Made by a program: the position numbers and the translations under genes. A DNA stretch of 64,000 nt from Macrostomum lignano. Lineage: Eukaryota. The notes beneath the pieces are model-generated. The model had not been told where the DNA came from and ran no database searches. It was given only the letters and a program-made list of their open reading frames with translations. The stretch lies in NCBI GenBank assembly GCA_002269645.1, contig NIVC01003405.1, positions 1-64,000 on the forward strand, in the 5' to 3' direction. Positions 31,381 to 42,116 of this stretch are shown here, in pieces. How positions within the stretch are numbered: position 1 is the first letter of the stretch; every line of letters begins with the position of its first letter.

Positions 31381-31875
31381 TAGACAGACAGACAGACAGA
31401 CAAACAGACACTAAGACAGACAAACAGACAGACAGATAGAAGACAGAAAACAGCAAAGATTAAAGGACACGCCTGGCAGACACAAGAAACCCTAAGACCG
31501 ACACAAAAGTGCCACAGAACACTGTGCAGCAGGAACTCACCGGGCCAGGGTGCCAGATGGCACGCCTCTCGCCAGCATTGTTGACTCCAAAGCATAGAAA
31601 TCGGTGGCATTCTGAGCAAACAGAAATGCCCGGCTGCTAGCCGCATAGTTTGAGCTGTCAATCAAATTCACTCCAACCGAGCCAGAGACAGCATTGTTGT
31701 TCATCACTAACGAGTCAATGAGGTTGTAGATCCAAATGTTGGCTGGCACGAACAAAACCATGAGCACGAGTCCAGTTGCTAGGCGAAGAAAGTGCCTGAT
31801 TCGAAGCAGGCCAAGGTAGCGCAACAGCAGCAGCAGCTTGCTGGCCCAGGTGGGCCAGACTGGTGGCTCAGACAT
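11204..31875 (-). CDS. ABCA: ABC transporter subfamily A, full transporter (~1800 aa), ABCA5/6-like NBD1 motifs
   Basis: Two NBDs (GPNGSGKS/LSGGQ/LLDEP and GPNGAGKS/LSGGN/VIDEA) and R-domain motifs SFGLSLTGLESVF and YALYQASLDQIF. Exons 31541-31875, (uncertain ~29550-29645), 29319-29498, 28752-28882, 27926-28231, 26154-26745, 24201-24385, 23107-23682, 22997-23057, 20507-21111, 18845-19091, 17134-17943, 15444-15670, 13311-13966, 11204-11648. Phases are consistent from 29498 to the stop. Confidence 0.95.
11712..13205 (+). repeat. 31/33-bp intronic minisatellite GATGAGGGAGATTAGGGAGCTTGACTGTCTAAT, with palindromic variants
   Basis: Direct reading, about 45 units. Confidence 0.97.
13311..13966 (-). 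CDS. ABCA: ABCA NBD2 exon
   Basis: Walker A GPNGAGKST, Q-loop GYCPQ, signature LSGGN, Walker B VIDE, H-loop THSMEEAEALC; CAG acceptor, GTAATT donor. Confidence 0.96.
14130..15200 (+). repeat. 52/60-bp intronic minisatellite (core TTCCTAGAATCGGGACCTCGGG)
   Basis: Direct reading. Confidence 0.95.
15444..15670 (-). CDS. ABCA: ABCA exon (linker before NBD2, DEDIGVQKERDRL)
   Basis: CAG acceptor, GTGAGT donor, phase 1 to 0; typical ED.DV..ER motif. Confidence 0.85.
16015..17040 (+). repeat. 30-bp then 40-bp intronic minisatellites (core TTCCTAGAATCGGGAC)
   Basis: Direct reading; about 9 x 30-bp units followed by alternating ~20-bp half-units. Confidence 0.95.
17134..17943 (-). CDS. ABCA: ABCA TMD2 exon
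   Basis: PIEDQSSGLRCQLRAMGVSSIGYWTS motif, several hydrophobic helices, canonical splice sites. Confidence 0.9.
18045..18745 (+). repeat. 42-bp intronic minisatellite GAATCTAGATTCGAACTCAGGACCTAATTATCAAACAGGACA
   Basis: Direct reading, about 16 units. Confidence 0.95.
18845..19091 (-). CDS. ABCA: ABCA exon (ECD2 part)
   Basis: In frame with both neighbours using AAG acceptor and T|GTAAGA donor, giving VRLYNSS across the junction. Acceptor choice is uncertain. Confidence 0.65.
19135..20470 (+). repeat. 38-40 bp G-rich intronic minisatellite GGCATTGGCGGGGACGGCTCTGAGTGAGGGGGAATGGAG
   Basis: Direct reading, about 33 units. Confidence 0.97.
20507..21111 (-). CDS. ABCA: ABCA exon (R1 end and TMD2 helix 1)
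   Basis: SFGLSLTGLESVF and QFAALLVLSVRRLYR motifs; GTGAGT donor. Confidence 0.88.
21125..22600 (+). repeat. CCCAGCTCTCAG/CCCAGCTCCTCATGG modular minisatellite in two blocks (21125-21450, 21670-22600)
   Basis: Direct reading. Confidence 0.95.
22612..23001 (-). repeat. 34-bp array whose unit contains the exon/intron junction TGACCG|GTAGGAGG (11 units including the real donor)
   Basis: Plus-strand CCTACCGGTCA repeats every 34 bp up to the predicted donor at 22995-22996. Confidence 0.9.
22997..23057 (-). CDS. ABCA: ABCA 61-nt mini-exon (VLLIKLRRFSSLHSSDRTLT)
   Basis: Supplies the phase 0 to 1 shift needed between the 23107 and 21111 exons; flanked by a 49-nt intron (23058-23106) and a GTAGGA donor. 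Confidence 0.7.
23107..23682 (-). CDS. ABCA: ABCA NBD1 C-terminal exon
   Basis: LSGGQQRKL, LVLLDEPSSGLDP, STQFMDEADLLADRK, GSSLFMKQKY. Confidence 0.96.
23765..24195 (+). repeat. Compound (CTA)n/(CAA)n trinucleotide tract, intronic
   Basis: Direct reading. Confidence 0.95.
24201..24385 (-). CDS. ABCA: ABCA NBD1 Walker A exon (not in ORF track)
   Basis: Manual translation: DIYSGQITAIIGPNGSGKSTLIRLLAG...GRIGVCYQ; CAG acceptor, GTAGCT donor. Confidence 0.92.
24510..25690 (+). repeat. GATGTGGG/GAGAGATGTG modular G-rich minisatellite, intronic
   Basis: Direct reading. Confidence 0.95.
26154..26745 (-). CDS. ABCA: ABCA TMD1 end / NBD1 start exon
   Basis: Hydrophobic helices then VQARNLGKTY; CAG acceptor, GTTAGT donor. 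Confidence 0.88.
26800..27880 (+). repeat. (C)CCATCCTTCATCCCCTCC ~19-20 bp pyrimidine-rich minisatellite, intronic
   Basis: Direct reading. Confidence 0.95.
27926..28231 (-). CDS. ABCA: ABCA TMD1 exon
   Basis: LRLMYFSGLQPVLTWLAAW (equivalent of the ABCA MG...W motif); phase 0 to 0; GTGAGT donor. Confidence 0.8.
28375..28545 (+). repeat. 15-bp repeat CAAGAGACAAGCGCG and variants, intronic
   Basis: Direct reading. Confidence 0.85.
30148..30265 (+). mobile_element. tRNA-derived SINE (Pol III A/B boxes plus SINE core)
   Basis: A box TAGCTCAGTGG (30154-30164), B box GGTTCGACTC (30199-30208), broken anticodon stem, followed by TGTGTCCTTGAGCAAGACACTT resembling CORE/V-type SINE bodies. Confidence 0.75.
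31190..31440 (+). repeat. (GACA)n with ACACTAA interruptions, intronic
   Basis: Direct reading. Confidence 0.95.
31541..31875 (-). CDS. ABCA: ABCA first coding exon (TM1)
   Basis: ATG 31875; KLLLLLRYLGLLRIR followed by a hydrophobic helix, the usual ABCA N-terminal layout; GTGAGT donor. Confidence 0.75.
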
Positions 31876-33450
31876 CTGGCACCTTCAATAGCCCTCTGCA
31901 GGGCCTTGGTACATTAACAATAATTTATTTTAACATGCTGGTTTAAAAACTATAGTTCAATACTTTAGTTGGATCCATAAATGAATTTTAATAACAGAAA
32001 TATCTCTATCACCTCGCATCTATAGTCATAATGTGATTATGAGTATAAAAATCAATTTTCACACTGTTTCTGAGGGTTAGAGAGGCTCATCAGTGCAAGA
32101 GAAAGGTAGATTAAAGGTCCAATATTGACTAATAACAACTGGCATTACAGTTGGGATCTAGGATGCTAAGTGATATTACTTGCAGTTTTGATATTTTAAA
32201 AAATCTAGTAATTGACTCATTTCTCAAAAAATAATATTCTCTACTTTCTACAAAACTGCTGGAATTTAATACAGAGGCTTCTGCCTACATTTAAACAATA
32301 TAGAGAATAAAAAAAACATTTAAAAATACAATTAAGGCATTAGGCTTTTATAGATCTATATTATTCTATACATGCATAAAGCATTGTCAATCAGCCTATC
32401 TAGCCAACATAAATTACAATAAGGTAAAGATAAGTTATTATAAATATTTATCTTTTTAGAAGCTGCAGTTGTCTAAGATAAACTAAGATAAGTCTAAGAT
32501 TCAACATGAAATGTACATAGTTAGCATACAAAAATAGCCAAGTTGAAACCTATTATATTTGTGTAGCTAAATATCAACCAACAAAAGCTTTTTTAAAATT
32601 GGAAACAAAAATAGGAAATATATTGCAAATTATGAGAAAAACAAAATTAAAACTAAGAATATCAGTTTTTAGCAAAAAACAGTCATTTTAAAGTTTAGTA
32701 AAACTCTTATAATTCTAAAACTTTATATTCTCTAAAAAATAGCATATAAAATACTTTAGGCTTGTGTAAAAAAGTTTAATTTTAGGTTGGCATAAAATTG
32801 AAAAACAAGAATTTTCATTCCAGCATATACCTGCCATGATCCAGACTAGACTATGGTATATAGTATATCTATACTATTTAAAGTCTAAGCTACTTTTTAG
32901 CTATAAAAAATAAAATCTGTAACAGTCCACTTGGGTAACAACCATTTTGGTAACAGCTTTTACAATAACAAAAATGACCACATATGTCAATAACAAAAGA
33001 ATGTGCGAACAAACTTTTAACAAAACATATACATACAAAACAAAACATATACAAACCAAGACAAAACATATATATACCTGCATATGTTTATCTTGTTTAA
33101 TAGTGTTTTAACCAATATCTATTTTAAGTTCTAGATGAATCAGATATATGCACCAAGACATCCTATAATTGACTAAATATTGTAGGCCTTATGTATATTG
33201 TATACATTAGAATCTCTGATCTAGTTAGCGAATAGTGATTTGAAATTACAGAATCTATTTTTTTATTTTTTAGGCCTAATTATTTCAATTTTTCAATTTC
33301 AATGTAGGCTTTAGGCCTATGCAAGCTTGCTTAGCTTAATTTTCTTAGCCTTTTTAAACTTTTTCACAAAGTTAATGCACAGGTTTAAATAAAAAAATTA
33401 TATAGTTCTACTAGAAAATTTTATTATATGTAGCAATAAGATGTTTGAAA

Positions 33451-34041
33451 CCCTATTGGAATAAATGTTAAAACCTGCGGATGCGCGCTTTAGAAAAGAG
33501 TCAAACTATTTTACCGCGCTTTAGGATTATTAGAGATGTTCCGAAAGATCTGCAGTTTCATCGAAATCAAAATTCGCTAACTTTTTTAAATCAAAATTGA
33601 AATTTCCCGAAATCATAATTCAGAAAAACAAAGTTTAGTATGATCAACACTCACTTTTTTACTTTCAATTTACTGCTTAAGCAAAAAGTAATACATGTAT
33701 ATGTAGTAGAAAGTAGTTTATTTTTAGCGACTTTTTAGACACTACCAAAATTTTCACTTCTAAATTTTATTTCGAAATTGAAATTCGCTCTAAAAAATTT
33801 CAAATTTTGGAAAATTGAAATTGAATTTTCGGAACATCTCTAAGCTTAATAAATTACGAGTGTATAAGCCCCTTCAACAGAGGTATTATACCCATTTCCA
33901 TGTATATGTATTTGCTAGAGCAGCAGCCAGTAAGAAAGGGCAGCGCACGCAGGCGCTGCGCCTGTGCGCGCGCTGCGCTTTAGAAAAATTTCAAAAGTGC
34001 GCCGGACACCGTCCGCGGTTTTACAACTTTTTCCTATAGGG
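33451..34041. mobile_element. Non-autonomous TIR element (MITE), 8-bp TSD GTTTGAAA
   Basis: TSD 33443-33450 and 34042-34049; imperfect TIRs CCCTATTGGAA / TTCCTATAGGG; internal inverted block AGAGATGTTCCGAAA / TTTCGGAACATCTCT. Confidence 0.8.
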
Positions 34042-34330
34042 GTTTGAAATATAAATTATTAAATTAACTATTGAAAAACTAAAGTGTCAATAGTCAATAG
34101 TTTTATCATAAAAATAAAGTGGGCATTCTTTCATTTTAGGATCCCTGAGCAGGTCAAGTTTTGTCTTACAATCCCTATTAAAAAAGAGTCAAAAAGACAC
34201 TCTAGTTTATCAAAAAGTACATTTCACATTTATTTTCCAAGAACAAAATCATTGCAACTCACTTTCCAGTCAACCTAATTTATCACTGCAACTCACTTTT
34301 CAGTCAACTTGAGGATCGTCATCATAACAT

Positions 34331-34998
34331 TAGTTATGAAAGCACGTAGCTTATATTCACTTTCGTCATACAATCATTTAAATAGTGAAGTTATATGTAG
34401 ATGATCGCAAGATGAAACCAAAAGAGATTGTAGGTTTTGAATTACGATCACCGCATTGGTAGAATTGTATTAGAGGGATTGTATGATGAAAGTGAATGGA
34501 TTACACATTACATCCCTGGCAAAGTTGCACCAGTTCACAGCAGCTATGGATATGAACTGCTACATTGATCTCCATCAACGATCTACAGGGTTTAAGAATG
34601 AAATTGTATTCATTATAAGATTCACAAGCGCCGCCCCCCCCCCAGTTCATTGGACCTATGTGTTATACCGAGTGGTGATCGTATGACGAAAGTGAGGGGG
34701 GCATAGGGTGGCGTCAATGCCCGAAAAGGCTGTGCAAAAAGAGCTGTGTAAACAGAGAGTGGCTTTTGGTTTGCGGACATATTAGAGGCTGCAATTGATT
34801 GTTTGGTTGAAACGTCTATTATACCGACAATCTCCTACCATTTCATCATACGATCTCTCCAATACAATTTTACTATTGGTGTGATTGTAAGTCGAAATCT
34901 ACAAGCTCTTTCGGTTTCGTCTTGCGATCATCTGCATATAACTTCACCATTTAAATGATTGCATAACGAAAGTGAATATAAGGACAGGCTTATAACTT
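34331..34998. mobile_element. Element with ~160-bp diverged inverted arms (~34340-34500 / 34838-34995)
   Basis: TTATATTCACTTTCGTCATACAATCATTTAAATAGTGAAGTTATATG has a reverse-complement match on the right; no clear TSD. Confidence 0.7.
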
Positions 34999-35431
34999 CT
35001 ATAAGACATAATATTTTTTGTTAAAATGACACACTTAGAAGTGGTCCTATTTTGAAGTTCAATTTTAAGAGCAATTTTCTGTTCTCTGTGGGGGGATCGT
35101 ATAACGAAAGTCCCGACTCCCATAGGGACAGTGCTAGGTGATCGTAAAATGAAAGAATGCCATAAAATGTCAATAGTTGTAAATATGCTTTGCTACCGAA
35201 GTTACTGATGTGGCTATTGCCAAAATGGCTATTACCAAAGTGGATTATATTTAATAAAATCAATATCAACAGAGCTATACACATTGAGTTATAAGGTACA
35301 ATATATATATAATTCTCATTTATATCATTGATTTATTGGCAACTAAGCAAGCAAGTCAGACAAGTCCAAACATAATATAACAAGTAGCCCTAAAGCCTAA
35401 AGAATATTCCTATATATTCTAAGAATATATA

Positions 35432-36362
35432 GGTTCCGGCCGAAGTCGTCATATTTGAGATCGTCATCTGCGGCTTACGAGAAAAACAACTAAATTATCT
35501 AAATCGTCATCATCTCAGTATTGGACAATGCTGCATTCACTAAATCGTCATATTGTGTTGCATTGGCTACGCAAGGATCTTAGCTCATGGCGGCAGCGTG
35601 TTCTTGTTTGCCAACAAATTAAAACAATTTACAGTGTATTCTCTGTAGTCATGTGTGGCAGTCGGGTGCCACTTAATTGATATTTGAACATACCATTCAT
35701 TACTTTAATAACTCATTTAAAAGGAAAACTGCTACAAATGTTTAATTTTTGTCCACTCATTGTTCAATTTTTGTCACATTTCCATTGACTGGAGGTTCCA
35801 GAAATTGTTCTGTTCTTCCTTTGGTTGGAAAAGTAGTTTCCCCCCGCTGGAATCTTGGTCAAAACTTTTGTTTTAATTTTGTTGCTTGCATGTTTGTGAG
35901 CCGTTCTATCGGTAGTCTCCACGCATGGGATTTTTGGTCCAGTAGTGTGTCTAGCGGCACCCCCACCCGTTGATTGTAACCTCCTTTTTTAATATTTATA
36001 CTGCCTTGATGTGCCGCCTAATTTTCAACCCCATTTTCCTTTTTCTTTTTCTTGTCTTTTTCCTTTTGCGTTCGAATAGTTCAAATTTATTTATTAGTTT
36101 TGCGCACTTTAGACTTAGTTTCATTTTATAGTTTTATTAGATTTATTAGACTTGAGAACCTGGCTGTCGGAGCAAGCAAGAGAAAATTATGGGTGCATCT
36201 GCAAGGGATTTTTGCCAGAAGGTAGGAAAATCCTAAATTCATACACCCTTGCCTTTGGTCAAAGTCGTCATATTTAAATGTTTAAGTCTTCGAGTCTTCG
36301 AGTCTTGTTCAAGTCGTCATCATCATATGACGATTTTAAATATGACGATTTTGGCTGCACCC
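35432..36362. mobile_element. Non-autonomous Mutator(MULE)-like element, GG...CC termini, 9-bp TSD GAATATATA
   Basis: TSD 35423-35431 and 36363-36371; TIRs share AA(G/A)TCGTCATATTT..(G/A)ATCGTCAT. Confidence 0.8.
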
Positions 36363-36593
36363 GAATATATAGGCTATTATAAACTAATTACTTTAAAAGC
36401 AACTCTTATAGTCATAGCATAGATAGCAAATTCCAGAACTGATAGTGCTTCCATGTATTTTCCTTCTCCAACAAGTAGCAATACTAGCAATATAATAGTA
36501 ATAGGAAAGTAAAAAATCTTAATTTTTATTCAAGTAGTCAGTAGATATATTCATTTGTAGAAAATCTATACAGGCCCTAGCCCCACCCTCCAT

Positions 36594-36885
36594 GGCAATG
36601 GCTAGAGTTCTGGCACCAGAACCTATTTTTAACAGCTATGGATCCAGCAGTGGTATTTAAATAGTGTAATTTATGGGTATAATATAGCAGAAACATTTTA
36701 CTTTTTAATGGGTGGTTGATATTGAGATTTTGTTCAAGATAAGATCAAAATGAAACAATGAGATTCAAATCAAGATGCTTCTAATGTTCAAGAGTTAATT
36801 AGTAAATAACTGCCTGCAGAAGACTGCCGGATCCATAGCCATTAGAAAATGGGTTCCGGTGCTTGCTGGAACCCTAGCCATTACC
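36594..36885. mobile_element. ~290-bp MITE-like inverted repeat
   Basis: Arms 36594-36651 and 36823-36885 (GG.AATGGCTAG.GTT...GCTATGGATCC.GCAGT). Confidence 0.65.
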
Positions 36886-37057
36886 AACCTCCACTATTGA
36901 ATAGACAATTTACTGTATAAGAAATAGGCCTATAAATTAGTATAGGATTAGTTATTAGGATAGCTTATTATATTAGTACTAGGCCTATTAAGTCTAACTT
37001 TAAGCTCAATTTCTGTTGAGTATGGTCTGGATTTCCTGAATGCCCTGAAGCCATTCA

Positions 37058-37180
37058 GGGCTAGGCCTATCTAAACTCGATGGTGTTTTTATGCAATTTT
37101 ATAAAAAATATAAACATGGTATCCCTGAATGGCTAGGCCTATCAAAACTCGATGGTGTTTTTATACAATTTTATAAAAAA
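37058..37180 (+). repeat. ~72-bp direct duplication (GGCTAGGCCTATC.AAACTCGATGGTGTTTTTAT.CAATTTTATAAAAAATA)
   Basis: Two copies read directly. Confidence 0.85.
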
Positions 37181-40100
37181 TACTTTCAAAGCTACATATG
37201 TAGAAGTTGTACTATATATAAGGTGAACGTCCGTGGAGTCAGAACAAGGTACTTATGTTATACCTTGTTATAGGTTACAAAGTTCGATTTTTCTAGGGAA
37301 GTTTTCTAGAAAAGTCTGCAATAAAACCAAAATCGCAAATGTATCTTTCAATTGGATTTTAAAACAAATTTTTTTTATCGCATTGAGCTATTGAAAAATA
37401 TATACTTGCATGTCAAACTGGTTATCTTTGTTTTAAATACCGACACTTTCAATTGTGAAAACTCAGTATGCTAGATCTCTAGCATAAGTTATTTGCGCTG
37501 AATAAGTTATCCCCGTTTATATGTTATTTCTGAGGCCACGAAGGCTGCGGATTCGTTGCGGATTTGATTTACAGGGACAATAATGCTGAGTCCAAGATGG
37601 AATCATCTTGATGTAGAGGGATACATACCGTAAAGCCCTACTTAAAGTACTCGAATAATTCTAGAATGGCCGGGTCTTATCTATTTTTAGGAATCATGCG
37701 CAAACAGAGTGATTCAGAACATTTGTTTGATTAAGGAACCGGTTTTCAACCAGCTGTATTTACTTAAACCCCATGTAAGTGCTCACATACATGACAGCCT
37801 AATCAAACATAAATGACCTAATTGTAAATATCCGATCCCAAACTGTTTTGCCCCAAAATTTTGCTATAAGAATAAGTGAAAATCCGAGTAAAAATTCAGA
37901 CTCAGAGCGGTCTCTAAGAATTGACTCTGAAGGAACAAAGAAGACTAATCGCTGAGGGACCACACTGTCCAATTTTTGGTAAGTGCATGTTTACCGGATT
38001 CAGTTCTTTGATTGTTAGTGTTAATAAGATGATTAATTGAGTATACGAGAGCCGTTTATTGTCGACACATTTGAGAAAGGCCTCCTATTTCCTTGGGTCC
38101 TAGAGGATTTAATGATTTGATTTGAGTTATCCGTTACATTTCGGACGCAGCGAAGAAAACGCCCTTCAGGAGGACAAATATAGGTCCTATTACAGATATT
38201 TAGAGAATTACAATTGTGGGCGCACGTTCTATTGTTAATTCCGAGCTCGAGGACCGTCAAGTTCTGATTCGCTCTCGCTTTTGGTCGACCCATGCACAGA
38301 TAAAGTCAACGACTCACAGAGGCAACACCTCACCGCCGCCGAAACAAGAAGTCAAGAGCTAGCTACTAAGGATCCACTACAGTAAGAGATGTTTTGATTT
38401 TGCACATACCTATAGGGCACTTGTTCCCCAGTGTCTAGGAAGTGGGAGTTTTTGAGTGACTGCTGATCACCACTCTTAAACTCTTCATTGAAGATGAATG
38501 CTGGGTTTGGTTTAATAGACATTCAGCTAGGTCTACTAACCGAGGTATAGAAAATGCACGATGGATGTATATATCAGCCTGATATTCATTGCACTTATAA
38601 GCCCTTTAATAGTCAGCTGTTACAATCGGTCTGGATATCCTGGTATTTTCAGAATGAATCTAAACATCAATATCGAAGGTTGTGAAGGCGTTTTATACAG
38701 AAGGTCATATTCGCTGCATTGTTTGTCTCTGTGTCGCAATTATATGTCACGTCTTCCAAAAGAATTTCCACGATGCACTGTTTCTGACCGTTAATCGCCA
38801 GTGGAAGCCCGACAGTCGGTCAAAGTGGTACATACGCACACCGATGGTCAGACACAGGTTGGGTGAAGCAGGTGGCCCCGGATGATGAATCACGAATCAC
38901 TCCAACCTGCAGAGGATATTGCTCGTGTCAGCCGGACACCATCACTGCTCTAGAACGATACGAGTAGCTCGTATATAGCGCTGTCGCTTTCCCAGCAGAA
39001 GCGTCACAGCACCATTGTCTCCGGATGTGTCTCGAAAGTCGAGTCCACTTCCATCTGCCTGACCTCGCTGGCTCGGCCTCATCCGAAGCCGTTGTTCCAA
39101 ACGTTGCTGTCAAGGGAGTAAAATCTGAGATGGAATCAGGTTTCAGTTCATAGCTGCATGTGGTATGTCTGTTGTTTTGTGGCAACTATAAGAGAGCTGC
39201 TATATATGCTCATAACAGTAGGCGGATTGAAATCTGCATGTCTTATTTAGCCAGAAAAATTTTTTTATCTTAGCGGCTAGATTGAGACTGAAATAATGAA
39301 ATGTCCACAATATAGCTGGCTGTGTGTGTAAAACTCTCATCAGCATCCATTTGCAATTATCGATATTCCACAGGGCGCGCATCTGCGCGGAGCGGAAACA
39401 GCAGCCAGAGCTCGCATTTGCTCCGATAAGACGGACAGATCGAAGACAGCACGCGGCAAATTTGCTCAGCAAATGCAGCCGGGACTCTTCATCAGAATTA
39501 CGAGCTATGTAATCCCCGCAGAGTTGCCCCCCCCCTCCCCGCGGTCGTCCCCGATGAACCCCGCGACTTTGCGCCAAGCAGATTCTGGTTTGCATTTGTA
39601 CTTTTAGCAGCCGTTTCCTGCAGTTCTTCTTCTGCAAGCTTTCTCTAAGCTTCATCTAGCTCGTAAGGCATTCGAACTGGAGTCCAACGCGATGTCCTAA
39701 ACAATGCCTCGGTGTTTATGCCTAGAGTATCTCCTGGTTAAATTGTAATTATTCTAATGTAATTCATTGTGCCTGTTCGCATTGTTTACCAATTTGACGA
39801 TCATTGTTCGCACATTTTATGCAGAACAATGTCACCAGTGTTCCCAGGCTAGTGGCGAACATTAAGCCACAATACATTGTTTAGCAATTTGACGATCATT
39901 ATTCACATTTTTAGAGCAGAACAATCCATTACTACAAACAATGCATTGTCTGTAGGATCGTCAAACAGAAAAACAATGCAAAGAATCAACGGTCACAGCA
40001 CGTGACAACGAATTGTCTTTGGCGTTCGCCAGACGATTCGTTGTCACGTACTGAGACCGCTGATTACGAGCGTATTTATCCATTGTCTATTCCCTAGTGT

Positions 40101-40189
40101 TAAAAACTTGAGTAGATTATCAGTAGCTTATCTCCGCTGCCATAGACAACGGAATTCTTTATTTGGTATCAGTGCATTATAAAAACTAT

Positions 40190-41146
40190 ATATAGCATTT
40201 TGCGTTGCACTTAAGCTTACAGGCAAATTACTTAATCCTAAGTGGCAGAATTACACTGGCAAGGGCAGCTGCCGATCGATTCTATGGTCTCAACTGGTGG
40301 CTAGTGGGCAATTTACTTTAGCCTTGGGGCACAGACTTAATCCATTCATGCTCTATCGCAGTTTGAAAAGCTTTCAATCGGCCGCCCAGTGGGTGGTGTT
40401 GTGGCAAGGGTATAATTTTAATCGGTCAATACGAGCAACATATGAGCAAATGAGCAAAGTATGAGCAAATGAGGGAACATAGGCAGGTGCTTGGTTGGCC
40501 ATAACAGAGTGGGAAAATAACAACAGCAGCTGCAACACAGTTCTGGCAATGAGCCAAAATGAGCAAAACATGGACATGAGCAAAACGTTTTTCAGCAGGT
40601 TTTTCATCTGAGCTAGGGTTAGAAGCGGGTTAGCGTTGATTTTGTCAACGAGGTGCTGCACATGGGCAACTGCAAGTTTTGGTACTCGGCCGACGCCTTG
40701 GCCTTGGGGGAATCGATGACGGCGTCCAGTAACTTCGTATCGCCTTCGGGTTGACAAAACAGTCTTAATGTTGACCTGGAACCATCGCGCAACGTCGACC
40801 GGCCGCTCACCCCTGTCCAGGGCGTCGATGACGAGGCTGTGCTTTTCATCGCTCATCCTTGACCACGGTCTACGTTGTTGTCCGCCACCAATTCCATCTG
40901 GTACAGTTTCATAGCTAGCGTTGCTGGCCTCATCTTCCGAGCTCATGTTGCTGCGAGCCTTAGCTTCTAGTTCGCTTTGATAGAGCATGAATGGATTAAG
41001 TCAGTGCCCCAAGGCTTAAGTAACTTGCCCGCCAGCCAACGGCTTGGGCCATTGACTTGATCGGCAGCTGCCCTCGCCAGTGTAATCCTGCCACTTAGGA
41101 TCAGGTGATTTGCTCGTAAGCTTAAGTGCAACGCAAAATGCTATAT
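40190..41146. mobile_element. Long-TIR (168 bp) IS630/Tc1-like element, internally deleted, probable TA TSD
   Basis: Arms 40190-40357 and 40979-41146 are reverse complements and enclose an HTH-coding ORF. Confidence 0.8.
40374..40946 (-). pseudogene. IS630/Tc1-type transposase N-terminal helix-turn-helix region; no DDE domain
   Basis: SDEKHSLVIDALDRGERPVDVARWFQVNIKTVLSTRRRYEVTG...GRVPKL...HLVDKINANPLLTLAQM matches the two-HTH layout of Tc1/IS630 transposases; the sequence after ~40590 is unrelated. Confidence 0.72.
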
Positions 41147-41889
41147 TTAGTTCGAGTTTATCGAAAAAATTAATCTCAGCTCCCTGTATAGATCTATCGC
41201 GGCTCACAGGCCCTGAATTACCTTAGAATAATTACAATGAAATGAGAAGATTCTCATAGGCATAAACTCCGATGCATTGTTTAAGTCTAAGAAATCTATG
41301 AACTCCAATTCGAAAGTCTTGGATGCAGCTTTCTGATTAAGACGAAACATTTAAGGTGACAGGAATTAAAATTAATGTTTCCCTGATAAATGTAAATGTA
41401 CTAATAGCTAGCGGTCTGTGCGATATACTGCATATGCGAGAGCTGTGTCATGTGACTACTTCCGAGTATAAATGTATGATCGGTGAATCTTTGACTTTCT
41501 GGAACTCAATCGCGGACACGATCGAGACTGTCATATTGCATTTTTTATTCGTTATCTCGTCTGGCGATCGTATTTTATGAGTAGAAAATTTAATTAAGAG
41601 CTTGCACTACACGTACGCTTGTCTGCCCACACTGATTAAGCCTGTTTTGTGCATGCATTAATTGCCGACTGCGGCGGCTCTATTCGTGTTGGCCAATTCA
41701 ATCCTTTGGAGCAAAGCTCGCAATCTAAAAGGATATGCAAAATCTAAGCTTGTTTTATCCTAATCCCGTCAATATAGCGAATGTCCCATGGCCTTATTGA
41801 AGCTTTTGACGCTTTTGAGCAGTGATTTAAGTGCTATAGGGGCTGTGACATCGGTGCTTGAGCAGTGACTTAGGTGCTATAGGGGCTGT

Positions 41890-42116
41890 GATTTGGGTGC
41901 TAGTGGGTAGCGATTTGGGTGCTAGTGGGTAGCGATTTGGGTGCTAGTGAGTAGCGATTTGGGTGCTAGTGGGTAGCGATTTGGGTGCTAGTGGGTAGCG
42001 ATTTGGGTGCTAGTGAGTAGCGATTTGGGTGCTAGTGGGTAGCGATTTGGGTGCTAGTGAGTAGCGATTTGGGTGCTAGTGAGTAGCGATTTGGGTGCTA
42101 GTGGGTAGTGATTTTT
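41890..42116 (+). repeat. 22-bp tandem repeat GATTTGGGTGCTAGTG(G/A)GTAGC, ~10 copies
   Basis: Direct reading. Confidence 0.95.
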
